Of a stretch of 64,000 bases of DNA, positions 51,189 to 64,000 are shown in pieces. The notes beneath the pieces are model-generated. The model searched no databases. It worked only from the letters and a program-made list of their open reading frames with translations, and was not told the DNA's origin. The first letter of the stretch is position 1; each line of letters opens with the position of its first letter. A program made the position numbers and the translations under genes. Source of the DNA: Octopus vulgaris (lineage: Eukaryota); the NCBI GenBank assembly GCA_951406725.2, contig OX597816.1:180110001-180174000 (forward strand), written 5' to 3'.

Positions 51189-51823
51189 TCTATATATATA
51201 AAACTGTAGTTGTGTGAGTGTCTGTCCCCTTCGATTTAGATTCCTAACTACTCCCACATTTTGCGGTGCAGTTTAACCAAATTCGGGTAGCTTATAGTCG
51301 TGATTCATATCGAGCCCGTCTGAATATTAGCGCGCGTCTACGATGAGTCTACGATTTTAAAAATAATTTAACATCATTTTTTATTCCATTTTAATGCATA
51401 ATTTTTCGTGTGTCGATGGCGGCGGAGTTGGCGTCCACGCTCACACCTGCACCTGTGGGGAAGGGAGTGTAAGGAAATCAACGTCGTAATGCGTTGTCAA
51501 GGAGACCAGTGTTCTTTTAGAACAACGACTTCATGGCTTGAAGACACCAAAACAGAAATGGCTAAGAAAGCGTCTACATGAGTCTACGATTTAAAAAAAA
51601 ATTTACCATCGTTTTTTTTCCATTTTAATGCATTTTTTCGCTATTATATAAGGGAAGTAACTCTAAAAATGTCTACGATGAGTCAACGATTTTTAAAAAA
51701 ATTTACCATCATATTTTTTCAATTTTTAATGCATTTTTTGCTATTTTTTGGCTATAACTCTCTAAAAATGCTTATATAGTTATTTCCCTTACAAACCCGA
51801 GCAACGCCGGGCGATACTGCTAG
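51189..51823 (+). mobile_element. Non-autonomous Helitron
   Basis: A|TC start, 3' cccgagcaacgccggg hairpin plus atactgCTAG|T, and three internal gtctacgatgagtctacgatttt repeats. Confidence 0.88.
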
Positions 51824-51974
51824 TGACCAATAAAATTATTTACAATGTAACTAATTTGATCGATTTCCAGCGGATCTCTGCCTTTCAGATGGGATTTGTC
51901 TTTAGTTGAAATAGTGTCATCTGGGTGTTTGATTCTTGGCATTTGTTTATCGTCGCCACACGCACACACACACA

Positions 51975-52032
<58 letters not shown>

Positions 52033-54021
52033 TAAGGAAAACTTAAAGCAATCGATATTATAGATACGTAGATAGATCGATATGCATTATATATATTTAT
52101 ATATAGGGAGAGAGCGAGAGACATTGTTGACCGTTAAACCGCTGTACTGGCAGACAGGGCTGAGGTCAATAAAATCAGCCATTTGGTGATTGTAACGTGT
52201 GCGTTTGTGTGTGTATATGAGAGTTTATATTTATGTCAGACTGACGGATCCAGTAGTTACTGGTAGAATAGATTGTTGGCAGTTTATCTAGTTGAAACGA
52301 CCAATAAAACAGTTTTTAAGTGTTGTCTTTCTATTAGCGTAAGTTCAAATCCTACGAGAGTCTACCTTCCTTTTATTCTCATGTGATCTGTAAAATAAAA
52401 CATTTAAATTCTCCTTTATCCAAAATGATCGGGACAGGGCGTGTTTCTTGGTTTACTAAAAATGATTGCATGTTCGCATGTAAAACATGGGACAGCTTGG
52501 AGATGGAACTCAAATCTAAACATATTTTATCCATTTGCATTTCATAATTCAGCATATATTCTGTGAAAGTAGTTTTGAATAAATATGACGCTAGTTTCGC
52601 ACAATAGGTAGCAGTTTCACTTTAATAGTTCTTTTCATCGAAACAAACCTGACTTTTACACGTTCGCACGGCCCTAGGCAGGTAACGAAAATCATAGCAG
52701 CTAATGTCGCTACGCGTGACTTCGCTTTCTGGAATTTTCATTTTCGGATTTTGGGAGATTTCAGAAATTCTGATAAAGGATTATCAACTATAATCATCAT
52801 CATCATCAATAATATTAATACGCTAACTTTGTTTTTGTACGTACCTGATGTGTGTGTCACACTTACTTCAAAGAAGTGGCAAAGCGAGAGAGACGAGGAC
52901 ATAGAGGAAGTAAGAGAGAAAGAGAGAGGGAGAGAGAGAGAGTGAAAGGGACAGTGAGTGGTGACGGCGTTCGTTTTGTGTTTTTAAATGTTTATCACAT
53001 CGCAAGGGAAGTAAATACATAGATACATATACACATTGTCAAATCAAAAGCGGGAGGGAAGATGGATACAAAGGGAGTGAGAGAGAAAGTGAGAGAGGTA
53101 GTTCATACATAAATCCAAAGAAAAGTTCATAAATAGATACATGCGCACAGCAAATATTGGATGTCAATTTCACTTTTCATTACCACACGAAGATGAAATT
53201 ATCTGAGTATTTCTCTCACATGCATAACATAAACGTAGTTCTCAGGGAGATTCAACCTCACACAGAATATGACAAGGCTGGCCCCTTTGAATTACAGCTA
53301 GAACTCGAGACATATATATATATATATATGAATGTATTTGTGTGTGTGTATAGTTTAGGTTAGTTAAAACATGTTTGCAATAATAAGTGTCGCATGGTAG
53401 AAATAAACGCAATTACCAAACTTTCATTCATAAATTCATTTATTATTTCGTACGTGAAGGTTCTTTGAATATGTACGATGTATTTTGATGTTAAATAGTA
53501 ATACCGTTTACGTTTGTGTAACAGATATTTTGGTTGGATTATATAGTCATTGGTGTTACATTACTTTCTATATTCTGTAGCTGTTACAATATACTTTTCT
53601 AGGCCTAAACTTTTTATGGGACAGTTGATTAAATCGACTCCAGTACACAACTGGTACTTAATTTATCGACCCTGAAAGGACGAAAGGCAGAATTTGAACT
53701 CAGAACATTTCTCATGGCACCAGTACACTGTTTACAGATGCTTACACTTTTTATGTTTTCCGTGAATTTTTCACGGATCCAGCTAGTGATAATTATTTTA
53801 TGTCATTTCACTTGAGTATGTAGTCTTGTGCAAAATATGAGATTTATAACTAGTGCAATAGAACTAGTGCTGTCAATCTAGTGCTGCGAACCAGTTTCAA
53901 TTACTAATTCAAAATTTCTTCACTCCAATATCATCACTAATGTCTGTAAGAATGTCATAACCAAAGTTGCTTCCGAATTTCTTCTTTAGAGCTTCATAAT
54001 AATACAGAAATTGTTACTTAA

Positions 54022-54648
54022 TAATTCTTTCTACTATAGGCCTGAAATTTTGGAGGAGGGGACTAGTCGATTACATCAACTCCAGTACTCAACTGGTACT
54101 TAATCTATCGACCCCGAAAGGATGAAAGGAAAGTCGACCTCGGCAGAATTTGAACTCAGAACGTAGCGACGGGCGAAATACCTATTTCTTTACTACCCAC
54201 AAGGAGCTAAACACAGAGGGGACAAACAAGGACAGACAAACGGATTAAGTCGATTATATCGACTCCAGTGCGTAACTGGTACTTATTTAATCGACCCCGA
54301 AAGGATGAAAGGCAAAGTCAACCTCGGCGGAATTTGAACTCAGAACGTAGCGGCAGACGAAATACCGCTAAGCATTTCGCCCGACGTGCTAACGTTTCTG
54401 CCAGCTCACCGCCTTAATAATAATAATGAGGAGGATGATGATTTAAAATTTTGCTACAAGGGCAGACATTTTGCAGGAGGGGATGTATCGATTACATCGA
54501 CTTCAGTGTTCAACTGGTAATTTATCGATACCGAAGGATGAAAGGCAAAGTCGACCTCGGCGGAATTTGAACTCAGAACGTAGAGACGAGCGAAATACCG
54601 CTAAGCATTTAGTCCGACGTGCTAATGAATCTGCCAGCTCACCGCCTT
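54022..54648 (-). mobile_element. Two family B SINEs
   Basis: Heads end at about 54416 and 54648. The first contains one copy of the same internal unit that is expanded at 39661-40580. Confidence 0.88.
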
Positions 54649-54654
54649 AATAAT

Positions 54655-55010
54655 AATTCTTTTATTTGTTTCAGTCATTTGACTTCGGCCATGCTGGAGC
54701 ACCGCATTTGGTCGAGGAAATCGACCCTATGACTTATTCTTTGTACGCCTAGTACTTATTCTATCGGTCGCTTTTGCCGATGTTGGGGGGGACAAACATA
54801 AACTCACAAACACACACACATACACACATATATATATATATACGACGGGCTTCTTTCAGTTTCCGCCTACCAACTCCACTCACAAGGCTTTGTTCGGCCC
54901 GAGGCTATAGTAGAAAACACTTGCCCAAGGTGCCACGCAGTGGGACCGAACCAAGAACCAAGAACCATGTGGTTGGAAGCAAGCCACTTACCACACTGCT
55001 ACCCCTGCGC
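54655..55010 (-). mobile_element. Family A SINE
   Basis: Reverse-complement copy with an internal deletion. Confidence 0.85.
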
Positions 55011-55039
55011 CACTTACCACTCAGTCACTCCAGTTAAAC

Positions 55040-55089
<50 letters not shown>

Positions 55090-55090
<1 letters not shown>

Positions 55091-55500
55091 TTTTCTTTAT
55101 TAGCCACTAAGGGTTCACAAAAAAAAAACGTTCGGAGGGTACAGGAAAATACAATGTGGGGCTACATAAAAGTTTTGTGAAAAAGTAAAAAGATTACAAA
55201 AGAAGCTACTCGTAGAAACCCTACAAAACCACGCCCTAACTACTTGGGCAAGTGTCCTCTCCACGTCGTCTATAGGCGCATGTTAAGAGTAGGCCCGTTC
55301 ACTTGTACCATTTTTGTCACATTCATTCACCTTTCAATAAAATTACTGGTGGTGGAGAGCGACACTTCTCTCTGTACCCTTATTTTCCCTTTCAAATAAA
55401 GCTTGAATGAGTTAAAAACTTGGTCAAAGAGGAAAGTGTCTTTCAATTTGGTCCAGCCCTTTTAATCTGGTCCACCACACAACCTCTTTTGCCACCAGAC
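55090..55500 (-). mobile_element. L1/Tx1-like LINE 3' end
   Basis: Minus frame VAKEVVWWTRLKGL; AATAAA then a (TTA)n tail at about 55100-55041 on the minus strand. Clade from recollection. Confidence 0.55.
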
Positions 55501-55521
55501 AAAGTATAGTTAGGGCTATAA

Positions 55522-55670
55522 TACAGGTACTATTCATTTTTGTCAGCTAGGCAGACTGGAGCAACGTGAAATAAAGTATCTTGCTCAAGGACACAACGCG
55601 TCGCCGGGAATTGAACTCACGACCTTACAACCGTGAGCCGAATGCCCTAACCACTAAGCCACGCGCCTTC
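55522..55670 (-). mobile_element. tRNA-derived SINE, family C, 5' part
   Basis: Reverse complement of the head at 56950. Confidence 0.85.
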
Positions 55671-56949
55671 ACACACACACACATACATACATAAACGTGT
55701 GTGAGTCATTTTGTGTGTTTGTCCCCATCACCGCTTGACAATCGGTGCTGGTGTGTTTATGTACCCGTAACTTAGCAGTTCAGCAAAGAGAGCGGTAGAA
55801 TAAGTACTGCAGTCGAGTTATTCGACCAAAAATTCTTTAAGTCTGTGTCCCAGCATGGCCGCAGTCCAATGACTGAAGCAAGAAAAGGTCAAAGATATAT
55901 GTTCGTCGTACCGAAGCTGTTACGTCTCAATGCAGAGACGTAACGTATTAACTGAGACATCGTAGGTTCTTTTTTCTTTGATTTTGTTAATTCTATCATT
56001 AAATGCCTTGCAGGATATCATCCGTTTCTGTTTTTTATTAACGTCTTAAGTTCACATCCCGTCCAGTTGAACATTATTACCTTTCCTCTTTCAAGAGTCG
56101 ATAAAATTAAGTGCTAGTCTAGTAATATTGGCTCAATATAATCCAGCTGGCAAAATCATTAACGCGTTGCACAAAATGCTTAGTTACATTTCTTTCGACT
56201 CTTAACGCTCTGAGTTCAAATCCCGCCGAGGTCAACTTTGTCTTGTCATTCTTTCGAGGTCGGTAAAAATAAAGTACCTGTTAAGTACTGGGGTTAATGT
56301 AACCGACTTGACCCCTCCCAGCTCCATTGCTTTTTAGGCCTTCCTGATCGTTGTGCCACATGAACATATATGTCTCTCTATTTTCTCTCTGTCGCTATCT
56401 CTCCCTTTCTCCTTTACCTCGTGCTGACACGTGACCCGTGGCCAACTTTCCTTCTTTCCCTCCCCTTTTCACACCGACCGCCCAGCCATTCGGTCGCAAA
56501 AAATTCCCATCTATTTCCATATCCTTTAGGATTTCTTCTAATGTGCTATCTACCATTCTTGTCTTTTTGGCCCTAGGCTTGTATTTTGCTCATTTCCTAT
56601 TTATTTCGTCTTTGTCCATCAGTCTTTTTTACTCTCGTATGTCCACTCTGTGTTGTTTTGTTTGCTTGAGGCCCAGCATTCTCTGCGACTTTCGCAGGCA
56701 CCACCAATATGGAAAGTTCTCAGTCTTATCATTAATAGTGCGAAACTGTGTATTACCATTTTGGTTGATAACTGATGAAGAATTAGGGGCCTCTTTGTGT
56801 CTGTCTCCCGTCCGGTTCTATCCCCAATAGACGTATACGTTTTTTATCGTTATTTACAATGCATTTTTATTTCATTTATTAAGTAACGGTATGCACACTG
56901 GACTTTTTTAACAGTAAGTTTATATGTGTGTGTGTGTGTGTGTGTGTGT

Positions 56950-57275
56950 GAAGGCGCGTGGCTTAGTGGTTAAGGCATTCAGCTCACGGTCGTAAGGTCG
57001 TGAGTTCAATTCCCGGCTACGCGTTGTGTCCTTGAGCAAGACACTTTATTTCACGTAGCTCCAGTTCATTCAGCTGGCAAAAATGAGTAGTACTTGTATT
57101 TCAAAAAGGGGCCAGCCTTGTCACATTCTGTGTCATGCTGAAGTTCTCAGTGAACTATGTAAAGGGTACACGTGTCTGTGGAGTGCTCAGCCACTTGCAC
57201 GTTAATTTCACGAGTAAGCTGTCCTGTTGATCCGATCAACTGGAACCCTCGTCGTCGCAACCGACGAAGTGCCAG
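56950..57275 (+). mobile_element. tRNA-derived SINE, family C, full length
   Basis: A box tggcttagtgg, B box gagttcaattcc and conserved gtgtccttgagcaagacactt. A headless copy lies at 57837-58081. Confidence 0.88.
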
Positions 57276-57444
57276 CCATATAAATAACAGGTTTCTTTTA
57301 GTTTCCGTCTACTAAATCCATTCACAAGGCTTTGTTCGGCCCAAGTTGAAGATATTTACCCAAGTTGCCACGGAGTGAGACTGAACCCGGAACCATGTGG
57401 TTGGGAAGCAAACTTCTAACCACATGGTCACGCATGCGCCGTCT

Positions 57445-57685
57445 ATGATTAGAATGTCATAGGAAACAATCGCAAGACGAATTCTTCAAGTTGAGCTTAC
57501 CGAAAGGAGGAAGGACTGGAGGTAGACCAAGAACGAAATGCTTAGATAATATCGATAGTCTCAGCTGGTCACGCTTGAGAATCCAGCAGGAAAATGTAAT
57601 AACAACTGCTTTTGATAGGACCCTATGGAGGAGGTGCCTGAGGACCCAACTCCAATGACCCTCTCAGGAATAATGGATGGACACT
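57445..57685 (+). mobile_element. RTE-like LINE 3' fragment
   Basis: IARRILQVEL / GRPRTKCLDNIDSLSWSRL, with a tggatgga tail. Confidence 0.6.
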
Positions 57686-58616
57686 GGGCAATGTAGTCCG
57701 AGGTAAAAATGACTGAAAAGATGAAATAATCATCGCTGAATCCTGCTTAACTGGCGCTAAATAAAACTATACTTTGTCTGGTGGCCTTAGCAAAAGAGGT
57801 TGTGTGTTGGACCAGATTAAAAGGGCTGGACCAAATTGTGTCCTTGAGCAAGACATTTTATTTCACTTTGCCCCAGGATAATCAGCTGGCAAAATGAGTA
57901 GTACCTGTATTTCAAAGGGCCAGCCTTGTCACACTCTGTGTCACGCTGAATCTTCCCGAGAACTACGTTAAGGGTACACGTGTCTGTGGAATGCTCAGCC
58001 ACTTGCACGTTAATATCACAAACAGGCTGTTCCGTTGATCGAATCAACTGGAACCGTCATCGTCGTAACCGACGGAGTGCTCCTCCACACACTCACACAC
58101 ACACATATAATCAACGTAAAATTAGAAGGTACGAGAAAATGAAAATAACCTACCACGCTACAGTTCTGAGGTGTTTAGAAATATTTCCGATGCGCACGCG
58201 TTTATAAATATATAAATGTATAAAAGAAAATAGAACTCAAACATGAGTATTTATATTATTTTATCATTTATTCATATTATCAGAAATTACAACCTGATTC
58301 ATAGATTTCGTTATTGGAGTTTATCAAACTTAGATTAAGTGCTAGTGGACGAAACTCTCGCCTCTTGAGTTACACTATCGCTTACGCTAATTTAATAATA
58401 ATTTCAAATTTTGGCACAAGGCCAGTAGCATTTACGAGGGAAGTGATGTGTCGATTTCAGCGACGCCAGCCTTCAATTGATACTTATTTTATCGACCCCG
58501 AAAGATGGATCTCGGCGACATTTGAACTCAGAAGAAAATCAGAAATGCCACCAAGTGTTTTTCCTGGCGCGGTCTGCTAGCTACCTTTATGCTGATTAAT
58601 AATAGAAAAGCGTGCA

Positions 58617-58650
<34 letters not shown>

Positions 58651-59424
58651 ATACACACACACGCGCACGCACGCACACACGTATAATCCTTCCCAGATCA
58701 ATAAAAATAAAGTGCCTGTCAAGTATTAAAGAGGTCGATATAATCGACTGTTTTCTTCTGGCCTGTTTGCCTTTGTTGAAAACAATTATTATTTGTTACA
58801 TAATTTATAGAGCACTAGACTGCTATTTTATTTTACGTCTATTTATGCTGGGGTTGACTGTACATTTTACAGAGATCCGCTCCATTTTTCTCCTCTTTTG
58901 CCTGTCGATATGAGTGAGACTAAATTGTAAAATTTAGTTTGCTGTGTGTAGCAATTCTAACTATTCAGTTAGAGCGTTGGATTAAATACAAATATGTGGT
59001 ATAGCGATCAATTCCCGTCAGGATCGGTATTACGTGTCAGCGATCCTTCAGGCTGATAAAATAAAGTGACGCCCAAGAAATGAGACGGATTTTAGTCAAC
59101 AGAACCGGATCTACTTTCCTCCACCCCGTTTTTGTGACCTTGTGTTTAAACTAGAAATCATTATCATCAATGTTTTTATTACAAAAATACAGAAAAGTAT
59201 GCATTGTTGGAGAAAGCTTACTGACTGAATTCGAGTTGAAGCAGTTGTTTAGCCTTCGGTCAAAAATGATCAGAGGCTTTCCAGCCGTGGCCATTACGTC
59301 TTTTTTAGACAATTAAGTTGGTAATGATTTAAAGATGTGGCCATGGCTCGCGAGAAACTCAGCTTTCTGGTCCCTTGAGAAAGGGAGTTTCTTCTCAAAG
59401 CTCAAGGGGTCTCTGATGATTTTA

Positions 59425-59640
59425 AAGTGGTGAATTAGCAGAATCTTTAGCGCGCCGGGCAAAATGTTTAGCAGCATTTCGTCCGTCTTTACGTCCTGAG
59501 TTCAAATTCCGCCGAGGTCGACTTTGCCTTTCTTCCTTTCAGGGTCGATAAAATAAGTACCAGTTACGCTCTGGGGTCGATGTAATCGACTCATCCTCTT
59601 CCACAAAATTGCTATTCTTGAGGCAAAATTTGAAACCATT
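59425..59640 (+). mobile_element. Family B SINE
   Basis: Head and core intact. Further diverged copies lie at about 25820, 43330, 53600, 56145, 58400 and 61304. Confidence 0.85.
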
Positions 59641-60953
59641 ATTATTACTATTATTATTTTAGAAAGAGGCTTATTAAATATTCACGGGCCCCTTTTATAT
59701 ATTTTGGAAGTAGACACTATTTCTAGTCAGTGGAGATTCCACGCTAGGTTTTGGACACTAGTTGAATCTATTTTACCTTGTAACAGACTTTCCTCATATT
59801 CACTGAGTGCCACTGCTACACATTAAACAAACTGTTCAATCGCTTGAAACTTTAAAATCGGGGTCACCACAAATAATTTAATTTCTTAATCCAGTTTAAA
59901 ACAGGAAAACTTAGTAATAAAGATAGCAGTTTAGGTTACTCCCGGAACAAAGTGAGGTATAGGATATGGGTGGTTGAAGAAAAGCTTGTGCCGTGTTATG
60001 ACGTGTCACATGATTTAGCATGGAATATTTCAAATTTTACCCTATGACGAATTGGCTCAGTGATTTGCATAATCCTAAAAACTAGTTCACGAATTAACTA
60101 ATTTTTCGACTGTATTTTCCAGTCGGTGTATTACACTGTTCGACGGTTGGAGAATGTTGAAAAAATTAGGAAAGAGCCTCACCCCCATTGGAGGTGGGGG
60201 CTCTTCCCTTATCTAGGGAGCTAATACCATGATGTTAGCTCTATCCCCACTCATGAGAAAACATTTTCGACCTGCTAAAAATGGTTGTCAAACATCCCTG
60301 AAAGTGTACAGCCTGCCTTCAAATTGAACCATGATTGGGGAAAAAATATAAACAAACTCAGAATGATCGTGGTTTTGAAAGTCTTTGATCATAAACAACA
60401 ACAACAACAACAATGTATCTCATTCTTCGACATTCTACCTATAAGTCATAGATAGGTGCCTTAATTACGAACCTTCAAAGAGCTTTGAGATTTCAAGTGT
60501 CATACAAGGAGAGAAACCTGGTGACTGGCGTCCACTTTGTAAACATGTTCCTTCACTTCGCTTTAAAAACCATGACTGTCATGACATTGCACACTGTGAC
60601 ATCTTATGTGTGTACACACACACACACACACATTATGGGATAACGGGAATGAACCAATTATAACATTGCACTTGACTGACAATTTATTCTGAAGCATATG
60701 TATTTTGTGTATTGAGTTCTAACACCAGATTACAAATATCGCAGTGCCTAAGTGAACATTAAGATACGCACACACACACACACACACACACATGTATAAT
60801 TTCGTTTTTGCATTTATTTTGGCCAGAATCTTGATGTGAAAATGTATGCTGTACCAGATGTATCTTGGTGGGTGGGGCAGTCATTTTGTCAGTAAGAAAC
60901 GTGTGCACAGGTCCTATTTCACCTATACTTCTTCTTCTTCTTATTATTATTAT

Positions 60954-61001
<48 letters not shown>

Positions 61002-61251
61002 AATTCAAGCTGGTTGTTGACAAATCTCTCCACTTTATAAAGGTAATTTACCCAATGTTTCTGCTGTTCTAATGGTGTCTCTGCATTTAAAAATAAATCA
61101 TCATCTTATTTGTATTTCAAATATACACATTTCAGCACTTATTAAAATACAAATGTTTGTTTATATTTACACACGTGGTTGCACATTTAGCTTTAAAAGC
61201 ATCTAAAATGTAGATTGATTTGTTAGCAGACAGTTTAGCTTAATGGTAAAG

Positions 61252-61305
<54 letters not shown>

Positions 61306-62251
61306 GGTGGTGAGCTGGCTGGATCATTTGTGTGTCAAATCAAATGCTTCACAGCATATCCTCTGGATCATTATGTCCTGAGTGCAAATACCACAGAAGA
61401 CAACTTTATGTTCCTTCCTTTTGAGGTCAATAAAATAAGTACCAGTCGAGCATTGGAGTTGATGTCATTGACTAACCGCTTTCCCCAAATTTCAGGCTTT
61501 GCACCTATATTACAATCCATTATTATTATCACTCTAATATTATTGCAAGTCAATTTGTTAACTGATTACCTAATTGATTACTTGATTAATCATTCAATCA
61601 GTCGGTTTGTCAGAGTCCTTTCATCATCATTTGTGATCTCATCCATGACTTCCCCTCTTTGTCCCAGATCTGTCTAGTTTTAATTGAAATTCTTTGCTAA
61701 TGTATTTATAGCCTTAGAGGTTTGTGTTGATTTGTGAGTGAGTATCTGTGTATGCTGTTGTATATCAATTGTCTCATTCATATGTTATATCTTATATCTC
61801 AAGGAAATATAAGAAATTATCTATAAATTTACTTATTCACTCATACATGTATGTGTGTATGCATGTGTGTATTTATATATACACACACACACAGTCTAAA
61901 CCAAAATGGGAGACATATATGAAATGATGATGGTGACATGTCTACACTCACATATGCACACACAATTGTCTAGCTACCTATCTAAGGTGCCAGAGCTTAT
62001 GTGCCCAGGTCAGATGCTGGTTGTAAGATCATTGCTAATTTTTATAATAATCATTTATGCATGTGATTTATGTTTATGACCACATACCTATGCTCTCAGT
62101 TGCACTGGTATTATGGTAGGGTTGCAATTGCAATGGTTACTAATCGATGGAGTTGAAACATATGTAGGTCTATGTAAAGCGTATATATAAAAAGGAATTA
62201 AAGGTAATGGTATGCTACTCCATAATCATTATTATTATTATTATTGATATA

Positions 62252-62624
62252 TCTCTTATTATAATCTCTTATTATAATATATATATAAACGGCAAAATGT
62301 CTGTGTGTGTCCTTTATACAAATCCACAATTTTTCAGTTAGAGGGCTCGCACTTTCTATGGTCATTCAAAACTATCCAAGGGTGGTCTTGCACATCTTTA
62401 CATTTCCCCAGTCACCCTGCAAAGCCATTAAAAAATCAATAGAAGTGAGTTTTTTGTGAATCCCAATCAAAATGCCTGAAACTTGATACGCCAATTGAAT
62501 GTCAGAAAAGGGCTTTTGTGATTGGTCGGAGATTTGGACAGTACTTGCGTGTATGTGCGCACGCACGCAGCTGTATGTGCATGCACTAGCACTATGATCC
62601 GGCATTGCCGGGTCATAGTACTAG
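62252..62624 (+). mobile_element. Non-autonomous Helitron
   Basis: A|TC start, 3' long palindrome ending CTAG|T; same 3' end type as 37312-37351. Confidence 0.82.
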
Positions 62625-62999
62625 TATATATATATATATATATATATAATCCCAAAATAGGCACAGAGACAGGTATTGTGAGTGGGGGAACAGTTTATGA
62701 CGTGGTCTACCTCATCTGATTGACACATTGATATCAACCAGATACACAAACATACTGGCATCCATCCACATGTACAGGAATGTACATACACATACACACA
62801 CATGTGAATACATATGTCTTTATATTGTGATGGTGACAGGGCTTTATATCTCAATACTGGCAGTGGCAGTAGCGTCATTGCTACCCATCTTGTATTTTCT
62901 ATAAAGGATCTTTCCCTGTTTTCTTTTTAACATAGTTTCATGTATCTTTCATAACATTGGATGTTATAGGGGAAACAGTAAGATTTTTATTTATCGTTT

Positions 63000-63803
63000 A
63001 TTTTTTATACTTGTTTTAGTTATTGGACTGCGGCCCGTACTGGGGCACTTCTTTGAAAGGTTTGGTCAAACAAATTCACCCTAGTACTTTTTTTAAGCCT
63101 GATAGGTATTCTGTCAGTTTTTTTTGTTTTTTTACCAAACTACTAAGTTATGGAGATGCAAACAAACCGACACCTGTTGTCAAGCAATAGTGGGAGAAAA
63201 CAACAGGCTTCTTTCAGTTTCTGTCAACCAAATCCACTTGTAAACCTTAAGAAGACACAGCTCTATAATAGAAGATACTTGCCCAAGATGCTGCACAATA
63301 GAACTGAACCCTAGACCACATGATTGGGAAGCAAGCTTCTTAACCACACAGCTGTGCCTCTCTCTCTTTCTCCCTATATACAAATATATATATATATATA
63401 CACACACACTTTTATTCTTTTGCTTGTTTCAATCATTTGACTGTGGCCATCATTGAGCACCACCTTAAAGAGTTTAGTTGAAGAAATTGACCTCAGGACT
63501 TATTCTTTATAGTACTTATTCTATTGATCTCTTTTGCCGAACTGCTAAGTTATGTGGACATAAACACACCACCATCAGTTGCCATCTGATGGTGGGGAGA
63601 CACACATACATACACGTGCACACACACACACGCATATATACGACGGGCTTCTTTCAGTTTCTGTCTATCAAATCCATTCACAAGGCTTTCGTCAGCCCAA
63701 GGCTACAGTAGAAGACACTTGCCCAAGGTGCCACTGAGTGGGTCTGAACCCACAACCATGTGGTTGGGAAGCAAGGATCTTACCACACAGCCACACCTGC
63801 ACC
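63000..63803 (-). mobile_element. Two diverged family A SINEs in tandem
   Basis: Heads end at about 63357 and 63803. Confidence 0.82.
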
Positions 63804-64000
63804 TATATATATATACCATTGTCTTCATCATCATCATCACCGTGATCATTGTCATTTTACATTTGCTTTCAATGCTGCCATGAGCTGTATCGGTCATTAT
63901 GGCCTGAATCACTTCTGATTGAGAGTCTCTGACTTCTTAGATGGGCTGGAGAACCTGATCTCACTTGTACAATACATTCTGACATGTTTTGTATTGCTGG

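Larger units (their letters stand above)
41687..64000 (+). other. Intron 1 of the cPKC gene (more than 22 kb, runs off the window)
   Basis: GTATGT donor at 41687. No downstream exon encoding the expected (W)GFGKQGFQCQ was seen by eye; the region is filled with repeats. Confidence 0.7.

Noticed and set aside
55919-55945. Short hairpins gttacgtctc/gagacgtaac, and one at 60169-60207
   Set aside because: Arms of only 10-15 bp, plausible by chance or slippage in 64 kb of repeat-rich DNA.
56950-57025. tRNA-like sequences with A and B boxes (also 20057, 31600-31666, 32563, 43877)
   Set aside because: They continue into SINE bodies and lack a clean acceptor stem; they are SINE heads, not tRNA genes.
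59740-59770. Candidate PKC exon 2 (ag|gttttgga...), also checked near 47360 and 63058
   Set aside because: Does not encode GFGKQGFQC; stops or SINE sequence follow.

Overview
AT-rich, microsatellite-dense animal genomic DNA. The SINE families, (TACA)n/(TA)n arrays and R4/Dong, RTE and Penelope-type relics look like an Octopus (cephalopod) genome; that assignment is inferred from memory of these repeats, not from a search. The only host coding sequence I can support is the first coding exon of a conventional protein kinase C (41538-41686, +; pseudosubstrate [10 protein letters not shown] and start of C1A), followed by an intron with no recognisable exon 2 before the window ends. The rest is transposon-derived: three tRNA-derived SINE families, R4/Dong-like LINEs abutting (CATA)n, an RTE LINE, a Chapaev3-like DNA transposon, hAT/Charlie and mariner relics and MITEs, non-autonomous Helitrons and a Gypsy relic. 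Most notable: several small inverted-repeat elements carry minimal type-I hammerhead-ribozyme folds. One of them (31402-31969) joins a tRNA-derived Pol III head to a hammerhead and was inserted as a single head-to-head unit with a 12-bp TSD. There are also two short, apparently locally templated inverted insertions. Most long ORFs in the supplied track are microsatellite artefacts. Repeat boundaries were read by eye and are approximate unless a TSD or terminus is quoted.
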